A DNA stretch of 32,791 bases, from positions 1-32,791 of the forward strand of contig JYFJ02004344.1 of assembly GCA_000934665.2 (NCBI GenBank), written 5' to 3'. The position numbers were made by a program, and so were the translations under genes. The notes under the pieces were generated by a model. The model ran no database searches. It was not told the DNA's origin and saw nothing but the letters and a program-made list of their open reading frames with translations. Each line of letters starts with the position of its first letter. Position 1 is the first letter of the stretch. The stretch is from Catajapyx aquilonaris. Lineage: Eukaryota. Shown piece after piece: positions 1 to 13,454 of this stretch.

Positions 1-762
1 TTTCTTTGCGCCATTGATAAGAGGACACAAAACTGCGTAACATATGTTTTTTTCATAAAATTCTCATTCAGTGACTCTAGCTTCATTTCCACCTTAAGAG
101 GAAGCTTGTTGTTCTGCCCCTCTCCCCCCTCGCCCATGCCCCACCCCATCCCAAGAAAAATTCCCCTTGCAGTACCAGCTTTTAAATAGAAAAATTAGTT
201 ATTAAAAACAGGATGTTAATGTATTTTTAGAAATGAATGGCCTAGATTTCCTGTACAGTGGAGGTGTGGGGGAGAATTTTTTATTTTTTTAATTCCATGC
301 AACGTCCTCTATGGAAAACCATTTCTAATGCATGCAAGTGTACAATGTTGAATTCACTGGATTAACTAAAAATGAGTGCACTTGGACAGCATAAGAAGAA
401 CACTACGATCAACTATGCTGATACTGTCAATAACCAAGCAAGAGCAACAAAATTCGTGGATCACTAACACGAATTAATAATTTGGGACAAGTTACTGTGG
501 CAGGAAGTAAGACCTGGTAGTAACAATGGGGAAGAAGACATCAGCATTGCAACTAACCAGCTTTCAAATTTGGCTCCACAAAGAATTGATTTTCTCTCCC
601 ACCAATGTTACTGACAGGTCATAACTCCTGCTGCAACAACTGTATAAAGCTCCAAACAATGACAGAAACAGACAGAAGTGCAACACAGCAACATCTTGCC
701 TCAGCCTCCCTTTTTGGCTGCTTTCTTGAGCACTGAACTAAAATCAAGAGAAGCAGCCCTAC

Positions 763-3700
763 CTTTTGGAGTGAGGCGACCCCTAGTCTTACCCTGGCAG
801 TTCGGGCCACAGAAGAAGCACTAGAACCCACAGAGTTGATGGACTCCTTGGAACCAGATCTCCTGATGAATCCTGATGGTCCACTCAAGGAACCACGAGG
901 TGTGTTACTCACCGAAGCTCCGGAGCCCTTGCGGCTCTGGCAGACAGATTTGGTCACCTTGGCCAGTGGTGCAAACAAACCAAAGTGTTCCTTGCATTCA
1001 AAATATCTGGTAAGAAGACAAGTACGCAAGATATTACTGTCTCATTTGCATTGCTTAGCAAATTGTTGCATGCACAGGAAACTCAAAGACATCTCATTTC
1101 ATGGAAGAACTACTGCCACTCACTCTTACACATGCCAAATATCATATGACAACTGGCATTAGCTCCTGATTCAGGTCAGGAAATCCAAACTGCAATATGT
1201 CTTGTAATAAGTTATATCAAGAGCTCTTGGTTATATCCCCAATAATGTTACTCTTAGCATGCACAAATATGATGTCAACTTCGGGTTCCTGCATCTCATG
1301 TACTAGTACATTATAAGTGTTCCAATTACTACTCTAATTGCAAACATTGTCATCAAGATTTTTAATAGGTGTACAAGAGGTGGCGAAGACAACACGATCT
1401 AGCCGCACATCCTACAAAAATTTACCTCTTTCCAGCAACTGAGCCGTCATTTTTTCCAACAGGTTCATCGAGTTCAACTCCAGCCCAATCTCCTACAGCA
1501 AAGGCAGTAATGCCCAAGTACCTCAGGACACCCTTCTTGCTACCTGCGGTGCTGCTAACAATCACCCGGTCCCCAATCTTCAGCTCCGAAACACCAGAGC
1601 CTTTTCGGCTTGCTATAATTGAAGCGAACACAGTGCAATTAGATATGCTATACTTAAATCTTTGAAGCAGGAAGGATATTAGTTTGAGAGGATAAGCGTT
1701 ACCAGGAGTCTTTCGCAAGGTAGAACTTTTGTCAGGATCTGTTGGGGAAGCACTAACACTCATCTCGCGCTTACGGGGCGATGCAGGGGTGCTGCCATTG
1801 GTCTGGCTGCCTTCTCCACTACCATGTTCTCCTGGTGTCCGAGGCAGAGGTGCCCTGGTGAGTTTGGTGAGGCGGGAAAATACACCATGTTTTGCAGTGC
1901 ATTGAAAGTACCGAATGCCACCAACAGAGCCGTCATTCTTACCTGAAGAAATTGCCACAAATTACACTTTATGCAAATTAAGGAATTGTAATTATTACAT
2001 TACACAGATATAGACTGAAATATTTAGTACTGCATGTCACAAGTGTGAATTAAGATAAATGCATATGTATTCCTACTCTGCATGATGCTAAGCAAGATTC
2101 CTACTCTTTAAAGTGATTGCACTTATGTTTCAATTTTTATTACCCAAGGGTTCATCCAAAACAATTCCGGCCCAATCTCCTGGTGCAAACTGCGTCTCTC
2201 CAATAAAGGCTATCATGCCTGGCTTTGTTCCTCCAACCCATACTTTATCACCTATTATGAAGCTGTCAGTGTCCTGTGTGAGGATGACACTTGCATCTGC
2301 AAATAGTGAAAATCAATTAATTAGTGGTATTTCCCACCAATACATACAACAGGTAATGAAGCATATGGATTATTAGATGCGGTGATGGAAGCTTTCTGCA
2401 GTTATCATACAGTATGTATACAGTGGCCAGCACATTAACAGAACTTACCAGAACCCCTCCGAATGCCAGCTTCACTGAGCCTTCGAGCCTGTTCCCACAG
2501 TGGGTCTGGAGGACTAAGGCTATCTAAGAGTACAAAAGGCACACAACACATTACAAACATGCAACATGCACATCACAACAACTCAGGAACATACAGTACT
2601 AAGTACATAAATCTTGCAACATAATAGAGTTCATGCCATGCTGAGAAAGTGCAGAAAATCAACTAAAATCAAATTTCAAGCACTACTGCTCTACCACAAA
2701 GTAAATTCCGAAAAAAAAAAAACAGTAAAGTTCTCAACCATTGTTCTGTACCTGGGTAACTGCATCAGTACAGAAAATTTCATAATGAATTATTCTATTA
2801 TCTGCACTGCTGATGATGTAAAGTGAGCCAGTGCAGTGAATACAAATCACTAATAAACTATGTAAGTGTTCTTCAGTATTATCCTGACTCATTAGCCACT
2901 TCACATAAGTTTACCAGAAGGTCACTGAATCAATACACTGGTAATCTCTTTTTCATAATTATTTTGCATTACATGCGGTAATTGTTTACAGAATGGCCCA
3001 CCAATGCAGGAAATCTCCAGCAAAATAATTGAGAACCTATTACACAAATTGCTATAAAGGATAGTAGTTCTGAGACGGAAAATTTCATGAATGGCCCAAA
3101 TTCTGCGTAGTAACAACTTATTTAATTAATTAATTACATTCAGAAGTGGGTCTCCTCCGATCCACACCTGTTACACCCAGTCATCCCAATTTGAATCGCC
3201 AATTACGCGCCTATTACCAAACCTTCGACCTTGGACGATAACCACCGCGAAGATACCCCAATATTACGCGGCAAGGTCAAGACCATGCGTAACGCACATG
3301 GGAAGGCCACGAAGGTATCCCCATCAAGGCCGCATACATTCCCCACCTACTTATGCCATTTTTTAAAAAAAAAAAAAAAAACTCCCCCTGCCAAGCCTAT
3401 ATCTCCGGAGACATAGACTCATCTCTTTCCCAGGACAATTACCACGTCACCCCCTTTCTCTCCCTCGACATTTGGCCCTGGCCCACATCCCAATTGCCCG
3501 AAAAAGGAACAGGCCATGCATCAGCCAAAAGGTGTTTACGGCCCGATTCACCTCACGGCTGTTCCGACCCTGTATTTATGCTAGATGTGGACGTTAGATT
3601 TATTTTGAAATGACAAAACAATCCGTATGGCGATGAATTGCAGGCTGTCCCCATCCATTCTTCCTGATCAGTGCAATTACGTCTAATCGACTGTTAATTC

Positions 3701-6700
3701 CTTTCAAGGCATGGGAGCATGTCAATAAAAAATTGCGACATACCCCCATCAAATCCTTGTAGGGCAACCGTCTGATTCACCATGCTTTAACAAAAATGGG
3801 AGTATCGCTGCCTAATTAGTACTTGAGTACTTCCTTCAACCCACATTAGCAGGCCATCTTCCATCGCCTGCCAGGATTCGTCAAGCTGTGTAGCCAGGAA
3901 GGTTTGACAGGATAATTCGCGTGTATGCACCAAGTATTTTATTAGTGAACAATTATGTGGTGTGTTAACCTTCCATGAGAATACGGCAACCCTCACCTTT
4001 GCGTTTTTCGACATGTGTTTGAGCCAATTCCTCGCTCAGGCGTCTCACGTCCGGATTCATGCCTTCGGATGGTTTCTCGGTGCTGCAATCTACGGGGGAC
4101 ACACAATTGCTACATGCACTATTACTAATGCCAGCTTGCATCAACTATACTAGCCTAGAAGTAAACAATCGTTCAAGGTGCACCACTAAACAGCTGGAGG
4201 CCGATAAGATACGATGGTCAAATGGGGATTACTGTTCGTCACGTTCAGATCACATTGCATTTGGTCACGTTGGGTACATGGGGAACCACTAAAAAGACCC
4301 ATTAAGATCGTGCCGATCATGTCCTCTGGTTGAGATGTGGAGCAACGAACGTAGGGCCAACCTTGCGCAAATCAACAATGTGGCCCAATATTATGCATTC
4401 ACTCTTGTATAGAACACTATGGCCTACACAGTACCTGGACGTGACTTATGTTATTGAAAAAACGACAATACTGCCAGGCGTGGCATTGTGGTAATTAACT
4501 GAAGTGCCTTCAGGCATTCGCACGAATATTACGGTAGCTAGCATTAATGTAATTTTAAAAGTGCAATAAATCAGTCAAGAGGTTATGAGACCTCAGTCTC
4601 GGTTAATCTCAACCTGGCAATCCACTTTCTCCACGTAATAACGTCACAAGGTCGTGGAAACATGCACGTGAAAGGCCATCAAATCCTTCTGGATTTGTCA
4701 TGCCAAAAGAAGCAACCGTCCTGTCAGCATGTCTCCAAACAAAAAAAACTGAACAATGCAAGATTGGTGTCTCTTGATAAGCCCTTGAGTATGTTAATCC
4801 AACTAACAACTTCCATCATAAACAATCAAGGTCCATAACTAGTGTCCGGCACCCCCAGAAATTCGGCCTTTGACAGCTGAATGAAGCTCTACCAGGCCAT
4901 ACAGTTGATAAGACCCTCAAGGTCCAACCCTTAACAGCTATAAACTTATATTGTTAAGTACCACCAAAAGGGTTGTGCTTGAGTCACACCATCAAGGTCC
5001 CCTATCTCACGACATTGGCCACAAAATGTTCCTCAACCTCGATCCGACTTCTTTACGACAAAATCCCTCCATATCCAACAAGTGCAAGTTCAAGCCATGT
5101 TGACGTCAAACCCACACATTGCATCATCTCCTACGTGGTCCCGTATCGCCTTTCGCGGGAAGGCATGAGATTGAATCCCAAAGAAGGAAGTATGACCAAA
5201 CAGAGCGGTCTAAAGGTGACCTTCCAGGAGTCGATGGCACTAAGGGATGACGCCTCTCCCAAAAGGTGACCGCACGACCCCTTGACCCCTTCTGCATCAC
5301 CCCACCCATTCTTTCCTGTCTTCCCACGCCCTGCTCCGACCTACTCATATAGTACCAAACATATCGCGTGTGTCACCTCCTAATGTGGCACAGGCAGTTC
5401 CTCCGGATGCTCCAAAATGGACCTCTCCTAATTCGTCTATACGCGCCGCAGGCGCGCAAGTGGGGCGAAGCCCCCCCTGCCTCGCAAAGCGAGTTCGTCT
5501 ATATTCACCTCCTGCAGGCTACTATTTCAGCCGAAGACACCAGCACCATCCGTGTTCTTCCTGCTCCTCCCAGAAACCTCCTAGTGTTGACATACCCTAC
5601 CCTGGTGTAAATACCCTCAACCACCCACTTCTCAACATGCCGATCTCCAAATCGGAACCAAAAACACGCGACCTTCCACTTGAGAAAGGCAGACTCAGTG
5701 TCCCTGGCGCCACTGCCACTTTTGCTTCCCTTCCTGATCATACCATCTCCTTTTCTGGTGCACCGTTCCCGGCCACCACTTATATGCACTCCACATACAC
5801 AAACGTGGTTGTTTGATCCATGTATGACGGTGTGAAGGACGCCTCCAGACACTAATTAGCCTCCTTGCGATTATAGCGATCAGAGAACCACCATCGCCAC
5901 CACTCCCTGGAATCCACTTCCTACGCTTCCACATCTCTTGGCAACTGCAACACCCAGTGGTTCATGCAGTGGTCCTGGTTATACTACTTTTGACTTATTA
6001 CACCAAGTTGGCAATTTTGACAAAAATAAAAAGTACTGGCCAATATAGCTACACATGTGGGTGCATATAACATTTTCTTCAGTTTTGGTAAAATTGGTCA
6101 TCATAAGTATAGCACATTGAGGCACCATCACAACATGTCAACTACAAGCATACAGGGTATGGCACTCCACCGCACTGTCTAGTACTTCAGACTGTAACTG
6201 TCCTTGATTATTAATTGTAACGACAAAGTAGGCGTTAGGCGATAATCCTTCCTGGTACATACAGGTATGTCCTAACCTGTTTGTCACAAGCGTGGGTCGC
6301 TACCATGATTTACATAACCTGGAATTTATCGAGTCGCAAATCGGCGCAATTGGATTTACTTTTATGGTCGTGTGGAACTTTCTTACCGCTCACCATCAAT
6401 CTTCCACTGACATGCCATTTAAGATGACTATCTGGTCGGCTGTTAATTGTGGATGTGTGATTTCGTGAACATTGTACCGAACAGCATTATAAATTATGTT
6501 GAAGAGAGAGGCAGTACATGTATAGAGTGAGGAATTAGCTAAAATCGCAGTGATAATATGCAATCTATCCAGCAACTGTTTCCTCCTTCCTACACAAAAA
6601 ACCTCAGGAAATGGAACAGTTATGAGTACAGTGCCATTGTGTGAATGACTCATTAATGTGCAACCGCATGCAAAAGGTGTAGGCCTACATGCAATGTCTA

Positions 6701-8918
6701 CAGACACCATGAGATAACACCCAACATTGGAAAAACTATTCACATTTTGCAATAACGCCACATAAAATAGCACATAAACAATAAAGACAGCAGAAGTATT
6801 AAGTCACGTTGACCTACACGGTGCCAAGAAACACACTGTTAGGTTTTCCCACATAAATCAAAATATGTTGCCTCATCATCCCTTCACCCTTCTGTGAAAC
6901 AAGTTTCTACAAAATTCCCAACTTGTTCACATGCTCATATCAGCAGAAAGACAAACGCAACATGATCTGAACAGTCACACTTGATCTGTTCCCCATCAAT
7001 CATCAACACAGAAGAAAATGTGCCGGTGGACCAAAAAAACCAAAAACGTGATTTCTCACTGCCCTCATGCACGTACAGGACAAGACTCAAAAAAGTACAC
7101 AAAAAGAAACTCACCTTGCCTGTGGACTTGAAAATGGGCCACGGGCATGACTAAGGGACCGCAACAAAGTGACTGTGAGGGGGGCACCCCACAGGTATTA
7201 AATCAAACCCTCAATCAAATGTGCAGTGCTCAAGATCCAGGCAGCTTCTCTCAGGAGGAGGTCCACCTGCCCAGATATTACCTTCTACCAATGTCCCCCA
7301 CCACCCCTACCTCACCTCACCTCACCTGGCCTCACCTTGCTTACTAAATTTGGGAGCGGGTGGAGTCAACCATTGACAAAACAAGGAGAAGAGAGAAAGG
7401 GGGGGATGTGATAAGTCAGCTTCTTTGGCTTCTTTTTTTTAAACGCTGAGGCCAAAGAGAGACGAGGGGGAGGAGCCTGGGAGGCCCAACACTACACCTG
7501 GACCAACCTACCTGTCCATCACTCATGCCCTCTTATGGACACACAGTGCCCAGTTGCGGCTTCAGCCGCATGAGATAGTGGCAGGTCAGGCCTTTGCAAA
7601 AATGGGGAGCTTTTGAGAGGAAATTTACAAGAAGGCGGGTTTCCCAGGAGCGTGCCTGCATTATTGTCTGCCCTTCTATGGGGGAAGGTTCAAGTATGGT
7701 GAGCGAAGCATGCAAATTATTTGCTTCGCATCAAGCTTGATTTTTCTGAATTACCCACATTGCCTTTTCTAGACGTGATTCATAGCTGCTGACTTTGCAC
7801 GATTACTGCAGAGGTTGGCTATCTTCACATGATTTGTCACTCGCAAGGTGTTTGTTTTCATGTGATTAGGGCTATCAAGTTCAATTTTAAGGTCACTTCT
7901 GACAGCACATCACTTCTGATAAAGATTAAANGGAGCGTGCCTGCATTATTGTCTGCCCTTCTATGGGGGAAGGTTCAAGTATGGTGAGCGAAGCATGCAA
8001 ATTATTTGCTTCGCATCAAGCTTGATTTTTCTGAATTACCCACATTGCCTTTTCTAGACGTGATTCATAGCTGCTGACTTTGCACGATTACTGCAGAGGT
8101 TGGCTATCTTTACATGATTTGTCACTCGCAAGGTGTTTGTTTTCATGTGATTAGGGCTATCAAGTTCAATTTTAAGGTCACTTCTGACAGCACATCACTT
8201 CTGATAAAGATTAAAAATGTATCATACTGGTCAAAAGATAAAGTACTGTCACTGGATAAGGTATTTGCATACAGCGTCAAGTCCATGTTTGTGTCACCCA
8301 ATTTCCATTTTTATATGACAGTCTGCCAACAGTATTTTGTTACCAATGATCACACTCAGGATCGCTTTTGCCTTGAACTGCCACAATTTTTAATGGAAGT
8401 TGTTCCCAATGATACAGTGAGGTGAAAAAGTGTCCTATATATTCTGGCACTGCTGAAATCCACATTTGAAATTAACAATATGCAACCTTCTCCAACTAAT
8501 ATTGCCCCAGTTGATGCTCGTGTCCTTAAATAATTTTTCTTTCATTTTTTTCATAGTAATGTTATGTAACACCTACTTTTAAATTGAATCTCTTGCCTTC
8601 CTGGCTGTTCTACATACATAGGAATGGTAGTATTGTTTTCAAAATAATACATCAAAAGCATACAAAACACATACAGCTACAACAACATAAAAAACTAGCC
8701 AATTCAGTCAAGCAGCTGTTGGTAGCCAGAAAAACAAATAATAATAATAGACAACGGTACTCACTTGCTTTGACCCCATATGACATAGAGAAGGATGCCT
8801 CACTCCCAGGGGGTGAAGTTGTTGTGCTGGAACAAGGTTTTGGGAGTCCACTTGGCCGGGCGATTTTACTGGGTGGCTTTAGGCCCGAGGGCTTCGGTGA
8901 AGAAGGTGCATCTGCCAT
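763..8918 (-). CDS. CLIP-190: CAP-Gly domain linker protein (CLIP-170/CLIP-190/restin homolog), 5' coding exons; gene continues past the left edge of the window
   Basis: Six exons with GT-AG boundaries and consistent phase: 8765-8918 ([24 protein letters not shown]), 2449-2523 ([24 protein letters not shown]), 2144-2296 ([26 protein letters not shown]...[11 protein letters not shown]), 1703-1942 ([22 protein letters not shown]), 1426-1612 (LKIGDRVIV...[21 protein letters not shown]), 763-1006 ([17 protein letters not shown]...). Two tandem CAP-Gly domains with GKNDG motifs followed by a Ser-rich linker match the CLIP-170 family. 351 codons lie in the window; the coiled coil would be downstream. 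Confidence 0.92.
3140..5940 (-). mobile_element. Heavily decayed non-LTR retrotransposon ORF2 (L1/Tx1-like) in a CLIP intron
   Basis: This stretch is richer in GC than the flanking intron. Degenerate motifs appear on the minus strand in LINE ORF2 order: GPFW (~5420, cf. G.G.WK after the endonuclease), PEGFDGL (~4690, cf. PG.DG), LVTLL (~4645), D*GLIT..CTFKI (~4590, cf. NWRPITLLN.DYKI), FFNNISH (~4455, cf. AFD.V.H), IKYLV (~3935, cf. KYLG) and [10 protein letters not shown] (~3160, cf. the C-terminal Cys/His motif). There are many stops and frameshifts, and I found no YxDD. Confidence 0.42.
5432..5503. repeat. 52-bp cassette of three GC-rich triloop hairpins flanked by a 10-bp direct repeat
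   Basis: TTCGTCTATA occurs at 5432-5441 and 5494-5503. The hairpins are CGCGCC-GCA-GGCGCG (5442-5456), GGGGC-GAA-GCCCC (5462-5474) and CTCGC-AAA-GCGAG (5481-5493). Confidence 0.8.
7115..7148 (-). CDS. Putative alternative first coding exon of the CLIP gene ([11 protein letters not shown])
   Basis: ATG at 7148 opens 11 codons plus 1 nt, ending in a perfect AAG|GTGAGT donor in phase 1, which matches the phase-1 acceptor of exon 2449-2523. Confidence 0.55.
7647..8215. repeat. 284-bp tandem duplication across a single-N gap (probable assembly or haplotype overlap)
   Basis: 7647-7930 is repeated at 7932-8215, separated by an N at 7931. I noticed one difference between the copies (ATCTTCACAT vs ATCTTTACAT). 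Confidence 0.9.
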
Positions 8919-11900
8919 CCTCACACAACTGTCTCCTCTTGAATCACCACACTCACGACCACAACACCATTAATTGTCTTGTATATCTCCCGGAACCTGC
9001 CTCCTTCCACACAATCTCACCACATCCGGAAGGAAGTTTCTTCTGATGAATGGCTCCACTCAACCTGAACACAGAACAGTCATCACTTGTATTAGACTGT
9101 TGCAAGAACAAGAGGAGAATGTATCACACATGCTAGCCCAAACTCAAATGGCCCCAGGTTGGAGGTGTGAGTAAGTGCATATGGGAAGCTTTCCCGGAAT
9201 TTTCCTGCTAGCTTTTTCCCTGAAAAGTGGGGAGTCAACCAAGAAGAGAAGGCATGATGATTATCTTCACCTTTTATGGAGGATTCTTTGTGGTTAAATC
9301 ACAACTGAAAAAGACACGCCGATTTCACACTCTAGTCAGGACAAAGTGGTTAACGTTTCTTTTCTTGTTCCGCCCCGGGGCCTTTGAACTGCAACATTGC
9401 AGTTTGGTTCTTCCTACTTCATTATAATGATCTCTAACAATTGATCACACCTTCATGCAATTAATTTTAAATAGACACTCAACACTCCTTAGTGGCATTA
9501 TGAGTCCTACCAAACAATAATAGTTCTCAACCCTATTGCAGGCTCTTCAGTCATACCAACACCAATATCAGACTTCGGTTTATTACTCAATTCACTAAAA
9601 TGGCCATTACGTTAAGCAGTGAGCCAGTGGCAAAAATACTGGAGTAACCAGTCAATGCGTGGGTGGCCACTAAACTACTACCTGGTCATTCTGGCTGGCA
9701 AACTAATTTATAAAGGCCTTCATCCTGTCAAGGCTAAGCTGCTGCCTCTAGTTACCGCTGTTGAATAATTCAGGTGAAAGCTCGCTTAAATCGCCAGAGA
9801 AGACGTAACCAACCACAACTTGCAACTGCAGGCGGGTCTGCTGCTATAAAAGCCTCACCTCATCCATGCTTGTGGTCTATTACAAAATGGGGAAGCCCAA
9901 TGACTGAACTCTTGCGGTTCAATATTAGACACTTTAGAAGACTTTTTTCTCTTCTTTAAACAAGAAACCTGTGCATAGAAGGAAGGTTGGCAGAATGCCA
10001 TAGAAGAAGTTTATGAAAGATTTTAATTTGAGGTGAAGGATAGCAGGGGCTCTCCTCCTACCGCCTTGTCACTTAAATTTACGAAGCATTGGATTCTATT
10101 AGGCAAATGAAAGATCATCGTTTCACACCAGCAACCTCACCTGTCACCTGACTACATAGCATGGAAAAATTTTGACATGCTGTTCTAGTGTTCACCTTTT
10201 AATCTCTTTTTTGAATTATCCGGGTCAAAGTCCTACAAGTGCCATTTCCTGCCTGAGGAAGTGGCCTCATTTGAAAATTACACTTGCATGTCGGAGACCT
10301 CCAGCATGTACGTCTCATGCCCCTCCACATGCAAGGAACTCATCCGCAGTAACCACACCTCAAGAAGCAGGTCAGGAACAGAAATGACAGTTATCATAAA
10401 ATCAACCAGGAAGTACTTCAAGGAAGCTCACTCCGCTAATATTGTCATTGACAGCTGATTGCACCAAGCTCTTGAGATTAGTACTCTGGGCATTAATAAC
10501 CGTGCACTGTGTCTACAATACCTGAAATCGCCATGTCAGTAGCAGTGTTTGTAAACTTCCACTGAATCTTCATGTGTTGCACTAAAATTTTGCTATTCAT
10601 AATGACTTAATTTTATTATGTCGTTTCCTTGGAAATAGGCTAGTTTTTTGTATTGTCATGCAACAATGAACCTTTAGGCATGGTTGCCTGTTCAATTGAA
10701 ATTCCTAAACAAGTTGTTGATGCTTGTCGATATATCTTTGGTAACGTGGTAACAATAAATACAAGGAACGACTTGTTTGGATTTTTCAAATACTATAACA
10801 GATTCCTAAAGACTGACTGGTACAGATGAACTTCATGCACAACAGTCTAGGAAGGGAATTATTGCAAGAATAAGTAATGCAAGTAGAACTACAGTTTTGA
10901 CATGTTAATGACACTGAATGTGAATAAGTTCCTAGAACACTTTTAGCAACTAAAATAACCTGCCGTCACATTTATTATTCATGTCTAATGTTAAGTATTG
11001 CATCAAGCAGCCTTAGAAACCGAACTTTTTCATAACCTGGTACACTGTGCATGAAATAATTTTAAAGTAACCTCAACTGATTTCACTTATTTAGATGTTA
11101 GCCAAGCTTCTGCTATCTTAGCAAAACTCTGTCTTACAAAAAGATGGAAATAATGTTTCATTTGCATTCAATGCAAAATCATCCCCAAAGTTTTTGAGCA
11201 AATAGCACTTTCCCTGCCAGACCTAACCTGATTCCTCAGCCCAAAAGTTATGCTGGAAGAATTGCTATGTACATGCCAATTTACGTGCACAATATTTTGT
11301 ATGTATTTGTGTGTATAGAGTGACTGAAAGTAAAATTGAGGATGATCAGATTTTTATATATTACCATTTGGTAGCTACACAGACATGCTGTTATAAGGCT
11401 GCGTATTCAGGTCAGTTGGGTGTGGTTGCTCCTCAGTTCAAGGCATTTGTAAGTATTCAATAGAGGTGAAAAATATGTATCAACTAATTTTCAAGGGAAG
11501 AAGAAAATTAATTATTTATATCTGCTGGTTGTACTCCCCACTTATGCTAGCCTGTTGCTCACACCATATTTATATTGTCACGCCATCCTACATTATAAAA
11601 TTTGGTATTGTAATCACCAAATCAACTTAGACGCTAGAACCAAACCACGTTCACAGAAGCTATGCTCTGCGATGCAACCCACTTAGAAGCTATCTGCGAC
11701 AAAACGAAAAGATTATTGAATAGGTCCTTATGTAGGTCATACACAGACTTATTGATCCCACTACCAGACAATCCTGACTTCGCAATTCCTCCTACGGTAG
11801 CGGCTATGTAAACGCACCAGTCTATTTCACACATTTGTTAGTCAAATCCTAAATTATAGGCTACATAACCTAGAGCTAGAGTTGTAGGCTCTCTTAGCAA

Positions 11901-12346
11901 TCTGTACACGTTACGTATCAAACCTTCTCCGGCTCTCAACATTACGGTCAGCTGACGACATTGATAAAGATACAGCGCTGAATGGGCTGGCTGATTGTGA
12001 AAGTAATTTCGTGTATGAATCCACCACAATATAGCCATTTTGGCTATTTAATAGGTTCAGTAAATGTACTGTACGTGGTGGCAGACAAATGCAAAACAAC
12101 AATTTGGCTCACCGGCCTTTCATCAAGTCCTGATCCCCAGGAATGGTATTGAACAATTTGTGAGTTCCCTTAATGACTCTCTCTGCGTGCGTAGTTGGCC
12201 CTCAGCTGATACCATTTTTATATTTAGACACAGCAAACTGTGAATGTATCAGCAGAGTACACCCTTTTTTTCGATTACTCACCAGCACAACTTCCCACAA
12301 CTTGTGCCACCGGAGGAGAAAACGAAAGTCCAACTCGTGCACTCAC

Positions 12347-12927
12347 CTCACGCACATCCTCGGACGCGGATATAGTTTTTTTCTCTCATTCAAATAATTA
12401 AGAAAAATAGACAGATTTCACTTCAACTGGCGGACACGACATTAAAAGAAAAAAAGCGACAGACAACTGTAAAAGGTTAGAGATTTTACGGACAGGTGGC
12501 GGTAACGGACAGCATGCCAGCACCCTCTTTCCGCATTTGTCGTCACTACAAAATATTAATTGCAATTATGTAAACCGTAAGGACCATTAGGAAGTACTTT
12601 GCAGGATGTCAATTTGCACTAGTTAACGTAAAAGTTTCTGTTGCGCAATAACGTGCTGATCTGGCAAACTCCAGTTTTGTAATGGGTGCATTTCTACCGC
12701 TATCGTAGCAAAGCACAACATAATTACCTTCAGCAGTGCAAGAGCATAATAAAGTATATGGTGATAATTTATTATGTAAGAAATTATAAAAAATACGGAT
12801 ATCATCACATTAAGAAACAGATTAAAACTTTTCAGTAATTGAGGTGGATATGGTCGTCCTTTGGAATGCACCCGAAGACTGACATGTTGGTCCGATTGGT
12901 TCTGTCCTGATTCTATTATGGAATTAG
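12347..12927. promoter_or_regulatory. Putative divergent promoter and non-coding first exons of CLIP (minus) and pelota (plus)
   Basis: Minus-strand donors GTGAGT (12341-12346) and GTGAG (12108-12112) could splice to the CLIP acceptor at 9065-9066. The plus-strand donor AG|GTGAGT at 12928 could splice to the acceptor TTTGCACAG ending at 13430, just before the pelota ATG. The region is relatively rich in CpG. Confidence 0.5.
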
Positions 12928-13454
12928 GTGAGTTTTAGACCAAATTAGTTAGCAAAATATTGTGGTCAGTGAAAGGTCGATTTACTTGATGCAGTGAGTC
13001 TGTCATGGAGTCAGCCCGGTTATAACCGTTGAACGAACATTAGAACATTAAGTACCAAGGTTAGGAAAAGTGGAACTTTTTCCCAGGTTTGCTATGTCAC
13101 TAGGCCCAGACTTGGCATATACAACTCAACGACTATTCATGCGCATGTGTCTAGAAGCAAGCAGAAGCTTATACAACATGAGAGCGCAGTAATTGAAGGT
13201 TATGCCCTGTATGGTTGACACGCGGGTTCAAAACTAAACCTTGGTTTCATTTAGTAGTTTCATGGCAGCAATGGATAATTGCAGTGTATGGCATTCTTTG
13301 GATGGACTAAGTTTATTATGATAGGTAGTTTAGACCAGGACTGTTCTTGTGGTGTTGAAATTCCATGGCCGTCAGTCCTCCATATGGATATTGACGTAAA
13401 CTCTAATTGCTATTTCTCATGTTTGCACAGGTAGGGGATAAAACAATAGCAAAC

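Noticed and set aside
836..1665. Plus-strand ORFs of 108 and 98 aa
   Set aside because: Antisense to CLIP exons and running into introns.
5370..5852. 148-aa and 115-aa ORFs as nested genes
   Set aside because: No recognisable domain or exon structure; they lie in a probable decayed LINE, and one runs through the hairpin insert.
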